DNA of 64,000 bases from Tubiluchus corallicola (GCA_030141605.1 JAQGDQ010002377.1:186001-250000), one strand, 5' to 3'; positions 14,501 to 34,612 are shown, counted from the stretch's first letter. Notes: a model not told the origin generated them from the letters alone. Translations and numbers: made by a program.

Positions 14501-16138
14501 GTAGGTACAAGTTCAATGGAAACTTATATAAAGATAGATAATACTGCAAAAGACTAATAAATCAATTTATTTATAATATATTATAAATATTATAATAACG
14601 TTTATTATAACATTAGATTCGACAACAAGCAGCGAGACAATACATTTCTCCTATGGGCAGTTATGGGAAAGGCGGTAGCATGGCTGATGGACCTGCGGCT
14701 TCAGTACCAGTGTCACAAGAAATGATGCGTCCACTACAACCGGGCTTTATTAATCAACAGACTGGCATGCAACAGTCTAGTCCTTTGCGTGGCCAACTTC
14801 CTGGCATGCAGTTGTGTGTTCCATCCCAGGTGAAAACATTATAGTTACTATATATTTTTTAAATTAATGCATTTAAGAAAATAACATTTTATCATCATAA
14901 TAAAAGATGTGTCTGAACCATATAATTACTTGCAGCATCCACAACGAATGGGACAGCCTCCTGTCATGATTAATAATCAAGATGTAGTGAATATGCAGCA
15001 GCATCAGATGCAAGGTTCACAACAAGCATTACAGCAACTGTTGACAACGCTAAAGTCACCGTCTTCAAATCAGCAGGAAGAAGTGCTGAGCATTTTAAAG
15101 TCAAATCCTGAGCTAATGGCTCAGTGCATCAAGAAGAGCAAAACAGCACAGAAAGAACAAGAGCTTGCGCAGCAAACACAACAGCAGTTTTATCAAAAAT
15201 TTCAGCGTCAGTTGTCGGACGGGCATTCGGCACAGATGTGCGGGCAGCCACCAACAGTAAGCATGAATTCGATGTCTATGGGTGGAAACCCATCAGGTGG
15301 TAAACCTGTAGCCATGAATCAGATGAGTATGGGTGGAAATCCAATGACTGTTGGCTGTAACACAGGTCAGATGGGCAGCATGCCAACCATGCTAAGTGGC
15401 AATCATATGAGCATTGCATCGAGTCAGCACAGTTTGATATGTAAACCAATGATGTGTGCAAGCGATAAACCATCACAATTAATGAGTAACAACAACCCAC
15501 ATATGATGTCGTTGAATGCTCATCAGACGCTTGGAACACGTGCGAGCATGAACGGAAATCAAATGGGAGGTAAACCGGGGCAAATGTTAAATCTCCGAGG
15601 TAGTTCTACTTTGGATGCACAAAATCAGCAACAACTTGCACATCAGCAGTGGTTAAAACAGCAGCAACAGCAGCATATGATGATGAATATGCCCCGTCAA
15701 AGAGTGCCAGCTTCCCATCAATTTCACCAGCCTCCAGCACCTCCGTATCCACAAGGAGGGCGACAGATGCATCAGCGAGCGGTAAATCCCCATTTATTAG
15801 CGCATGGACAGCCGCCACATCCAAGCCCTTCATCACAGCAGCTGATGCACCAAGTTTGCTCGCCACCTCCTAATCACACGCCCCCTGTGGCATCACCTCG
15901 CCAGCGACCAATGATGACACCATCTCCACGGCAACAACTCTCTCAGTCACCTCATTTACCGACACATTCTCCTCATCCGGGTTTGATGGGTGCGGAGCAA
16001 CAAATAGGTGGTGAAACGGTGCCTCTTCCTCAATCACAACAAAACCCTAGTGAGCAACTAGGAGTACCACCTGCATATGACAATTCGTCGCTTGCGATGC
16101 AGGATCAGTTATCACAGTTTGTAGTGGACCACTTGTAG
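2557..16138 (+). CDS. CREBBP: CREB-binding protein/p300 histone acetyltransferase, 5'-partial (TAZ1/KIX exons not seen, presumably upstream of the window)
   Basis: Phase-compatible exons: 2557-2807, 3062-3157, 3283-3471, 3683-3983, 5222-5337, 6617-6787, 7058-7215, 8854-8934, 9649-9783, 10083-10150, 10557-10704, 11103-11249, 11394-11507, 11603-11768, 11948-12175, 12299-12454, 12661-12936, 13154-13558, 14082-14300, 14617-14829, 14936-16138 (TAG). Motifs: bromodomain [39 protein letters not shown]; [58 protein letters not shown]; ZZ; TAZ2 [16 protein letters not shown]; [31 protein letters not shown]. Confidence 0.97.
4101..4523. mobile_element. Non-autonomous DNA transposon (MITE) with CAGGGTTCCCAC termini
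   Basis: Terminal inverted repeat CAGGGTTCCCAC ... GTGGGAACCCTG, with internal repeated GTCAGGGAAA units. Superfamily and TSD not determined. Confidence 0.75.
4660..5185 (-). mobile_element. Degenerate 3' fragment of an RTE-clade non-LTR retrotransposon
   Basis: The minus strand encodes [11 protein letters not shown] (~4806-4840) and, further 3', [18 protein letters not shown], resembling the RTE C-terminus. Frames are disrupted. Flanked by an imperfect ~40-bp direct repeat (4526-4567 / 5193-5232). Confidence 0.65.
5524..6247 (+). mobile_element. Tigger/pogo-derived MITE, complete, TA target-site duplication
   Basis: TA|CAGTGGATTCTCGTTACAAGAATCAC ... GTGATTCTTATAACGAGAGTCCACTG|TA (~26-bp TIR, 2 mismatches); repeated TAAGAATCA motifs; internal mini-ORF 5782-5928. 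Confidence 0.9.
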
Positions 16139-19100
16139 CTTTGGCTTTAGTACGTTTTGTACAGAAATTGTGAATAGTAATTAATAATAATAATGTTGTT
16201 ATTTGTTGTTGTTGTTATTATTATTATTGTGAGATAATATAACGAGAACTAATAATTATGTTGATTATAATATTGTGCATTTGTTTTTCTTGGGCATTTT
16301 TTTTTGAAATTGGCATTTTATTATGGTCTGAATATTTTATTTTGTAAGATTCGAAACATTGCCTGACCCTTTTGTGTCTGAAGTATTTAAATTAAAGAGG
16401 GTCTAAAATTTTGTATAAACGTCTAAAATGAAACGTGAATATGCTGTAAATTATAACTAAAATGTACAAAGAACATGATTACAGAGTAGGTAGGTTTGTT
16501 GTTACCAATCTAATATATTTTCCATTTCATTAAACTGTAATTTTATAGATAGCTAGTTTATCAAGATAGCATTTATATCATAGTGGACTTAGCACCATCT
16601 AAGTTAGGGCAAATTTTATGTAAATACCTTATTTAGCTAACTTGATTTACAGTACCGCTAGATCGTAGACAATCGTGACATTACGTTATCTAGCTAAAAG
16701 TGATTGAGACGGTTACATGTTTACTATATTGTTATTTTGGTGAATCTGTTTGTACGTAATTTATTGGTAAATAAAGGAAGGCCGCACCGGTAAAGTATTC
16801 CTGTAAAAAATTATGCCAAAACTGTATACAAATCGGGTAATTGCATAGTTTTGTGTTGTGATTTTTATTTAGTTTATTGTTCATTAGCATTATATTTTAG
16901 CCGTGATTTAGTTCAATGTCTTGTTCTTTTCAGTGATGCTAAGACCCCCACGGACAAACTAAGATGTTATTAATGCAGTTCGTTACTGTGTCATTAACTT
17001 TAATAATGATATGTTTATCAAATGCTCAAGTCCAAAAGTAAGATTGGGGAGTAATCTGTCTTCTTTATCAGAACTTGTCACCAAAATATTGCATTTTATT
17101 CTGTAAAACCAAATCGTGGCTAAAAAAATTTGATTAAAATTTTGAAGAAACGTCTGTAATTTAACAATAACTGACAAAAACTTTGTTAAGGGCGTTATGG
17201 AATTGTAGCATTGAAGAGGAGAAATTTAGCATTGGAAATGGATTGTGCTGATTTTCATTTTCAGATTAAGCAAATTTTACTCAGAAATTCGTTCCAGTTA
17301 TTTAGTGATATTAGTGCTTTATAAAAACCATATCATTGTCAACTGTTTGATAGGCGGCTTCATCAAAACATAGAATATTATGATTTCTAAATACTAAAAT
17401 TGTAAATGATATCTTCATTTAGTGTTAAACACTTGTTACTGTATCTTTAAAATCTGTTGATTAGTGATTACCACTGTCTTGTATTAAAATAACTGTCAGA
17501 GCACACAGACACAAATTGTTTATCGCCAACTTGTTTATTATGCATTAAAATGCCTGTTGTCTATAAAATAAAATGTGTGCACTTTTATAGATTTTACCTG
17601 CTGTGTTTTTGTGTTTAATTAGCCTTTGTTGATTCACTTTTCTGGATCTACAATGTTGAGAAATAATAATTAGGCTCTGCAAAGCATGGGAAATGAAAAT
17701 TGCACGTTGAACAGCTGTGATCAGCATAAACACTGCAGTTATCATCTTGATCGTAGTCACCGTCATCTTTTTAATCGTTGTTATTATCAATAATGCTTTG
17801 ACAGACAACAGTAAAAAGATGGAGTGTACATCAATTAAGAATACAATACAGTAATTGCATTCATCATTATCATTGTCATCGCCACTTTCATTGTCATTTA
17901 TTTTTGTTATTAAGTTTCTGTTGAGCATACTGTCAAATGATATGAGTATATAGTTAGTACGGATTCATTCCCTTCTACACACAAAACTGCAGAAAATATT
18001 CAAAAATAGGGTCTCTTTCACTACTGAAGACGGCACAGTGCCGCCTATGTTTTCCTTGTAAAGGACGGAAGGCGGCAGAGTGCCGCCCTAGGTCAGCACT
18101 AAGCGCAGTTACCCATGATTTCGCAGCTACGGCTATGCAAAAACATTGTAGAAAAGTTTAACAGCCGAGAGATTGTGGTTGCGTCGCAACAAGTAAGGCT
18201 AACTAGCCAATCAGCATCTGAAGCCAGGTGCATTCCAAATACTGTGTAGAACGTTTTCATGCAAAATTTCATGACAGTCACTTGTTCTGCATACTGATAA
18301 AATAATTGCGTATTATGGATTACTAATATGAACTTTTGTGTAAATTGGCTTCTAAATTTAAATATGTGCTTATTTGTGTGGGTGTGCGCGTGAGTGCATG
18401 CATGAGGGCATATATGTGTACCCATGCGTATAAATAAAACTAGTATTCAGAATTAATGTTTAATAACAAATGGCTATTTATTTATTTACAAGATTCTGTT
18501 TTAGTAACACACCACAAGAAGTACAAAAGCCAATGCGGCCCAGTTAAAAGCAACTACGTAGTGAAAGTGTTAAGAGGAAACAAGGCGGAAGGTTGATATA
18601 ATTTTATGAAGCGTGAAAATAGTATATTAGGCATGTCCAAATTTGTAAAATGTTTCACCTCAAGTATAATATCAGCATTGCTATGTAGATTACTGTAATA
18701 CATCAATGGGTATACTGGGTAAGAAAAAATAGTCAGCATTGCCATATATTGTAATTTTTGGTGAATAACCAAAAAAGCTGTCAAAGTAATTTTTTTGTTT
18801 AAAAACTTTATTTGCAGATTATATCTTTGAATTACTGTTTCACACTATGCACATCAAAACAATTCAATTCAGACTGGATTTTTTCAACATTTGTACACGC
18901 TGATATCAACCAAATTTACAAACAACAATGCAATGCAATGCTAAATTTTCGTGTTTTGCCAAACATTTATGATAGTGAAATAATTGGACACTTGCAGTTG
19001 CACTAGAATTTTGACGACGCAAATATCATCAATGTAAGAAAATGTGGGAAAATCAGTGTCGTGTGCCTACAAACATTCTATCCGAAAACTATTCAATTTG

Positions 19101-19578
19101 TAAATAATGAGTTTCTGTTACTTTGTATTATGATAAAACATGATGCCAAAGATCTGTTAAAAATTAAAACGAGCATTTTTAATAAACTTACCATTGTAAA
19201 AAATAGCAAGTTACTGATTTAATACAAACAAATTACATTAATTTCTGTGCTACTGATGCAAACTGGTATCGTAAGCTTCTGATGTTGCGGTAGCTTGTTA
19301 GGCATGAACTCTAATTATTTAAATTGCAAATCTTCCTTCCTACTAACACATCTTTCAAACAAATTAGAGCACTGCTAGCCAATAATACTGTATTTTAAAA
19401 ATTTCAAAAACACCCTCTTTTAACCTGCCAAGGTCATTTGATCAGTAAACCTACTATGACTTTTTGATAAGATATGTGTTAGTATTAAACAATTCACAAA
19501 CTAAAAACGAATAGTAACGGATCTTTAATTATTATATTAATGCAATAACTGCCAAAGACAAATGAATGTATGGACATA

Positions 19579-20145
19579 CAATAACCTATGTATAACTTGA
19601 ACACCTCCGCACCGGAAAATTTGTTCAAGTTATGTGAACGTTTAGACGATGTTCATCAGGAAACAAGATTAAGTCAATAAAGAATATCGGACAATACACT
19701 AGTAACACAACAACCAGTGAAAATGATAAACTGAGCCTTTGATCAAGTAACAAACAATAATTTTATGAATAACCAAAAATACAATGACTGGTCCACTCTA
19801 CTGTAGCCTGATTAACATGGTTGATAAAATTCGGCAATAATAATGTTGTGACCTACATTAAATCACGTTCGTTAAGTAAGGTAATACAAGAAATCTTTGC
19901 AGTATTTTTGCTGAAACTAACAGTTAAAATCATAATGTGGCAGTAAGTCTACATTTTCACGTAGAATTTCTCGCTTGGGAGGCTGTTCAAGACAGGCGAG
20001 GTAATTTCAATCAAATTCTTAAGAATTGTACCGGGAATTTGGTTCAAATTACGCAATGCTTGTTTAAGGGAAAAACAAAAGAGAAAATCCGTTCCAGGAG
20101 ATCTGTTTGAGATACGGAAGAATTCGAGTTATACGTACTTTACTG
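19579..20145. mobile_element. Degenerate Tigger/mariner-type MITE downstream of the PRPS stop codon
   Basis: TA|CAATAACCTATGTATAACTTGAA versus the reverse complement of the right end TA|CAGTAAAGTACGTATAACTCGAA; TA on both flanks. Confidence 0.55.
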
Positions 20146-20464
20146 TATCATTAAGCTAGTTTCTATTAACAGATGCTATTAACAGGAAATTTACAACCAG
20201 TTGCTGCTATCCATAGCAAACTGCTGTCATTGGTGATCAGCAACAGTTCACAGAAAGAAGTAAAACTGTTTTATTCCACGATAAACTTAAACAGCAAACA
20301 ATTCCACGTTATAAGAAAAAACTCAATCACATGTTACCTACTACCACAGCACATATCACAAAAAAGCATAACAATCGCATCCCCGCTCCGCATTAAAAAC
20401 AAACATGGGTCGTAAATATCTTGAGGATTTGGTCGAAAATACTGACGTCATTGTAAAAACGCTC

Positions 20465-27948
<7,484 letters not shown>

Positions 27949-28384
27949 CTTTCTATGAGTATTGCTTGTTATGAAATTCGCGTTTTCCGCGAAAGTTAAC
28001 GCTGTAGAGAAGGAATGTGCTGCCATCTACCAACCACTTTTGCAAAGAAATTTCACGCACGTTAGAAGAAGCCAGAGTTTACTCAGCCGTGAAAATTTAG
28101 TAAGAATCTTTGATTCAGTAACGGTAAAAGAGGCTGATAATCTCCGAAGGATGACAATCTCTTCTCTTCAGCAAATCAATTGTTTCCATCGTACCATTCT
28201 AAGAGAAATTGGAATGTTTTCAAAGGGTCTTCATTATTACTGATTTTTGTAGAAAAAAAAAGATAAATTCGCGACAATCTCTTATAAACGCATAACAACT
28301 GTAATTTTCTCATTTTTGAAATAATTGGTAGCTTCTGCGTTTTCCCCGTAAAGTACTAAAAACATAATACACCAAGTTACAACT

Positions 28385-28637
<253 letters not shown>

Positions 28638-29671
28638 TAGCTGTCTCTATGACCTAACCTTCTTTACCTATTGCTCTATAAATTCTTTACCCATCAGATT
28701 TTCGGGGATATACTTTATTCGAAGCTGTTAACTATGTCATATATTCAGTTTATCTGTCATTTGTAAAGCTAACTATTCCAGCAAGCGATATCCATATGAA
28801 TTTTTTAAATGAACTGATAAAGTAGCATCGTAGTAAAACGAGGAAAACAACTGCATGAGTTGCCACAGTGCGTGCTTGGTTGTAAACTTAAGCAGTGCTG
28901 GGTCTATTTAGTAAACAAATTTAACTGGTAGCCATCTAAAAATTGTCTGCTACTTTATCTGTGATGCCGATGTGATAGCATTGCTTCTGAGTGTGGGACT
29001 TGGCTTGCATGATAAAAACACGTGCAAAACAACAGAGACTGAAAACTATAGCGTGACATAGGTAAACAGTTTATTGCCCAACATTACATATCTATGAGTT
29101 TTATATACATAAATTACAAAATCATTACTGAACATGATAGCTGTCAGCAAAATTTAGCAGCAAAACTACTTGTCCTGAGACACTCGTACATACTAAGCTT
29201 AAATAATCCATTAACTTTTAAGTTTTTAATTTCATTTTATACTTTGTCTTTGAGGTTAGACACCATGAGTTTTCGTGTTATATATAGGCCCTAGTCACGA
29301 AATAGGCTTAAAAGACGTGCATCTGCGAATTTAAATAAATATGAGTAATTCATTAAACGCTGTATTTCTGAATCATACAAATGAATTACAAATAAATAAG
29401 GAAGTATTAATATAATTTAATATAATTACGTGTACATTGTTAAAAACTATAGGGACATATCAAAATACGATAAGACAATGCATTAGACGTGCTCAGTCAT
29501 ATAAATATATTATTATAGTCCTTATAATATATATGCTACATATGGATATAAGCAAAAAAGAAACAAAACAAACCAAAAAACGAGAATAACATTTATTAAC
29601 AAAATCACTGGGATAATTAGGTAGCCAATACTTTGATTAAGGTACTTACACGTGCTATCAAAAAACAACAA

Positions 29672-31623
29672 TCAGGCCGAAACTATTTCATTTTTGTTTA
29701 TTTTATCATAAACATTTTGAACAAAAGTCATATAGCTCATGAGATTTCTCATCATTTGATACGTTCGAAAATCAAATTCTGATGGGTTGACCGGACTCTT
29801 GGGAGTAACATCAGCGTCAAACTTCTGCACTACTTGCCCCGTAATGGCTTCCGAGGTGAAAAATACCAAGGCGATCAAATTCCTAATCTCATCTACGACG
29901 TAGACTAGAGAATAATCAAACCCCTCATAAGACTCAGCCGCTTCAGTCACAAATTCCAAGATGTTTGTGGTGTTTTTATAAACGAGATCCACCACTTCGA
30001 AAGCCTATAAATAAAAATTCATTTAGTTTAGGTATTCTTGTAAAACTTAGTGATACGCGCAGATTATGGCCTGTGATTACATTGCTAAAATAATTAATTT
30101 TGAAATAATTTTAAAACTTAAAAAAATTAAAAGAAATAACTTCTATTTTTATATTTTCTATGTTTTCTTAGTTTAAGCTTTTTTGAACTTGCCCTATTTT
30201 GTTTGATGAATATGAGTATATGTATACTACAAAACAACTAACAAAAAGCCGTAGTTGGCTAAAGGTAAGCACATATGTAGGCATTTTTAAATACAGTATT
30301 GAGATAACCGCCGTCGATACGAATATTTTTCGCGCCAATAAGAACAAACAAGCCTACATTTCTAGCCAATGCAGTCTATCGAAAATATTAATTTTGTACA
30401 TTAATCAATCAACATACGCTCCAGTTTGAATCAATGTCTGGCGGAGATGGAAATCCTTCGTCGGCGATCAGTCCTGGGTACAAATCATATCCTGGATGAG
30501 ATTCAAATCCCAACTGAAAAAATGATTTTTAATTATACACAGACAACCCAGAGTTAATTTTGTCGCTCCTCTTGCGAGAGATAGCTCTCTACACATCAGT
30601 GTAGTTGCAATCTGAAACTTAATTTTGACCTGTTATTGTTCTCGCGTGATTGCTGTGACAGATATTGTCATTGATCACGCCGCTTTTCAGACTTTCTAGT
30701 CACAAAACGATGAACGTGCACAAGTGTTTCAAACGTAAGAAAACCACAAGTTCTAATGCCCAAATTTAACTTGTAGATAGGCCTACTCAATTTCTAACCT
30801 TTAGACATCACAGTGAAAGTTTAGCAGTTAAAATAAATATGGACTATGGATGGTAGGCGTATTCTGTATATATAATATTGATACAATTTGTTACTTTTGT
30901 TTTCGTGCGTTATAGTTTTTTGAGTTATAGACGTTGAGCTTATGTGTATGCAACATTATGTATGCTCGCTTACTTCTGCGACTGTTTTTGATGTTTGTAT
31001 TTTTAACTTGTGTGAGTTGCCATTTATTGTCCTGCGTCGCTATTTAACGTGGAAAAAGGTCACACCTTCATTGCTGACATAATGGTATTCTAGATTTCAG
31101 TAATAATTGTACTTCATATATCTGTCTAACAATCTGCCTTACTGTCTAAGACTATAGAATGATTTATGTATGATCTAATATGTGACTATATATGGTCGAT
31201 AAAGTATAAAGTAAAATATATACAAAATATGTGTACCTTTGGCAGAATTTCGTTCGAGACTTCTTCAGCTTTGAACCGAACAGCTTGAGCCCGCATGATC
31301 ACAGTTTCACACTGGGTTAGTTTCTTGACTGTCGCAGGCATTTTGAAATGATGAGTCACGTGGTTATGCCAATGATTACAGTCCGGCACCTTCTCGTCAT
31401 TTTTTAGCATGAAAACTGTCAACAATACCACCAAGACGGTAGAGATGTTAAAGTCGAATTTAAACAAATTTTTAAAGGTTTTAAATCCATTTCTCGATAT
31501 TTTCTTCAGCCTCACAATAAAGCGCATCATTTTCGTGTCTTTCGTTGTAGTTGGCTCTTCCATTTCAACTGTTACAACACTGCCACGAGCAACTTGTTCT
31601 TCTGCAGTTTTATCCCCCGACAT
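29672..31623 (-). CDS. Uncharacterised 271-aa protein with a single hydrophobic anchor; putative long-chain four-helix cytokine-like
   Basis: Exons 31623-31237 (129 codons, AAG|GTACAC), 30513-30418 (TTTTCAG| 32 codons |GTATGT) and 30004-29672 (TTTATAG| 110 codons + TGA). Both introns are phase 0 and the spliced frame is open. Hydrophobic segment FNISTVLVVLLTVFML; upstream TATA/Inr; downstream AATAAA. Confidence refers to the gene model; the product call is inference. Confidence 0.75.
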
Positions 31624-31764
31624 GTTTCTTGTTTCTCATATTCAAACGGAACCTTTGTCAAATTAAAAATTATTAAACCTGGTCAAAAAATAACTATAGA
31701 CGTTGATACTTGCACTGATATTATCGACAACATTATAGTCACAAAGAAATCAGAATGACGAAAT

Positions 31765-31800
31765 AATGATGCAACCTCAGCGCAAAGACTGGCTTATATA
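31765..31800 (-). promoter_or_regulatory. Candidate TATA box and initiator of the 29672-31623 gene
   Basis: Minus-strand TATATAA (31794-31800) followed ~30 nt later by a TCATT Inr-like motif (31765-31769), ~145 nt upstream of the ATG. Confidence 0.5.
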
Positions 31801-32212
31801 GGCATTGGTCGGCTTTATCATTTATGTAGGTGGGGGCATAATGAGTATTATCAGGTGTTATGTCAACTGATGACAATCTTCCAGCATTGCACATGCACAT
31901 TTACACAGAAGGGATTTATCAGTTTTGAGTTGACTATCTAGATCTAGGAATAGGCGATATGACGTTCTCTCGCGGGTAGCGCTAAATCATTAAATTGTTT
32001 GAACTAGCTATATTCACGATAGAAATAAAAGCTGGATTGTTGTCATCTATAATAGTCAACTTTATAAAAAAATTTAATATCAGAAATTATAGACCTGCAT
32101 ATAGTAACGCAGACTATTTCAAAAATTCAAACCTATTAAACACCCAATGATTTACAGTAAAAAGCAGAAAATGTGGTCTTCAGAAATTTCATCATTTTAT
32201 ATACCATAACGA

Positions 32213-32214
<2 letters not shown>

Positions 32215-32289
<75 letters not shown>
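32215..32289. repeat. (TA)n microsatellite
   Basis: Directly visible. Confidence 0.97.
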
Positions 32290-32292
<3 letters not shown>

Positions 32293-34499
32293 GTAATCTG
32301 GGAAGAATAAATGTAAATTTCAATCAGTCACATGAAAAGGTCTCATAATCTGGAGATGTACACAAAACAAATAAAAGGTTTACAGTGAGAGTTTAATCCC
32401 CGCTGCCTGGTTTGCGAAGCAAACTTTTCTGTATTATGAAGTTCAATGTAAGTCACATTAAACCTGACTATAATAACGAAGATGCTTCGGCACATTGTGT
32501 TTTTGGCGTTGAAGCTAAATAGTCACCATTTATTTACATCAACGTAGTTGTTTATGCTAAGTTTTTACAACATTTACATCAAACCATAAAGTATTTTTTA
32601 CTTTGCCGGTGCATTTTTTGGTACTGATCCACTAGAGAAAGTGACTGAACTGTTTTCTAGTGGAAAGGAACTTTTTGGAGTTCACAAAACTGATACGATT
32701 CGCCACTTGAAAATTTGTGCTGCTTTTAGTGCTCTCTTCGTAAGTGTGCGTACGTATAGTAATATTTTACTTTAAATTCAAAGTTTTCAGATTATTGTAA
32801 ATGCCATTTGCCACGGAAAGCGAAAAAGTTTATTAGATGTAGATTTTAAAGCACAATAAACTATTTTAAATTACATACGTATGTAATACTTATACTGTAA
32901 ACGTGTACGAACTATCAATTGAATTTTAACGTTCGTGTAGGAATTTAAGTTTATAAGCTTATCGCGTTACTACTAATAAGTGTATAATATTCTTACCTTG
33001 CAGCTGCACGTGCAGTATTCTTGTTACTGAAGATATGTGCTTTCTGGCGCTTGATGTGTGTCAATAATACCTGTGCTTCGCTATGCCTGTGCCTTATGAA
33101 TACTTAGGTTGGTGTAAAGGGAAAACCCAACATCAACAACCTTGCCCGGGCTTTACTCATCCCCGTCTTATTGTACGGGGATAACCTGTGGCTAATTTAA
33201 GTCACTTAAATGGGGAAAGCATTCCTTCCACTAACAGAAGTGCCTACGCTATCGTTTCCAAAATCTCCATCGGCTACTGAACAAGCATTGTTAATTTAGC
33301 ACTTTAGTTTAGTAATTATTATAATTATGTACAGATATATTAATGCAAGTGCAGAATGGAAGTACAGGTTTATATTTTAATGAATTATTCAGTTATGCTC
33401 CTACAAGACGCCTTTAAGTTGACGATTTTAAATTGTATAAAAAGTTTTTTAGATTAAATTTATTCAAATACTTGATCTTTTGCAAACAGTGTTGTAATAA
33501 TTGTTTATATTCACTACCAGTGTCAGCTGCTTTTATCAAAGCACTAAACGGTGTACACTTTGCCAGAAGTATTTACTTCCGAGAAAAAAACTGCCATTTC
33601 CCAGAACTGGTAAATAAAATGCACGGAAAATGTAATGAATCATAGATTTACAACGTTAGAACGATAAGGTAGTGAATCATGTTGAAGTTTGCATAAACGC
33701 AATAGTGAGTACTCACGGCGAGTAATTGATTATCAACTTTAAGCAGCACAAAGCAGGGCAACTGATTTGTAGGGAAACTGCAAATTAATATCACTCTTGG
33801 ATAGTACTTTTACAGTGATTCCGAATCATTTCTTGATGTTTAGAGATGTTCATGCATCTGAATGTGACTGTGATATCTCTGCCTGTTCAGTATTTTATCT
33901 CAGAGGCTTATCTTGCTATTGAACTTGCTAGCGAAGTAGCATAATTCATTGGGCATATGTCGACCTCAAGATATTAACAAATCTGTATCGTTCGCAAAGC
34001 TTTGTATTTTGATTTTTAATAATTATTATTTATCAAGTATTATCTTAAATCTTATGAAAACCAAGTGAATTAAAGTGATTATGTGCAGCATGTGATACAA
34101 TGCAAATTACGCCGAGAGAAAAGTTTCATCCTAAAAAGTAGTAATCTTAAATTGTAGCAATGAATTTTCAAAACAAACCCAAAACGAAATACAAAAAAAC
34201 AAGATTGACCCTAAACAATACGTTATTTGAAATGAATCTGATTTTTGTTAGTCATTAATCAAAGCCCTGTAGATAACTAAAGAAGAACAGAAAGAGAAAA
34301 CCCGAAAGAGAGAGAGGGAGGAGATACAAAGAGTGAAAAAGTGAGGGGATGACAGAGAGAAAGGGAAAGGGAGGGATGCCGGGTAGGGAAAGAACAAAAC
34401 GGGTGAGAGAATACGAATACGAATAAGAAACTGCTTTCTCAGCATAATTTGCATTGTATCATTTGCTACACATAATCACTTCAAATTCAATTGAGAGGG

Positions 34500-34566
34500 C
34501 GGGCTGAGAAGTGAGATGGAAAGAGAGAAGAAAGGGAGGGAAAGAGACAAAGACAAAGGGAAAGAC

Positions 34567-34612
<46 letters not shown>

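Noticed and set aside
17545-17928. 127-aa minus-strand ORF
   Set aside because: Low-complexity trinucleotide-derived sequence in the UTR/intergenic zone; no splice or homology support.
30290-30375. Possible extra exon in the cytokine-like gene (TALARNVGLFVLIGAK..)
   Set aside because: Needs a 42-nt intron and a weak donor; exon 2 already joins exon 3 in frame.
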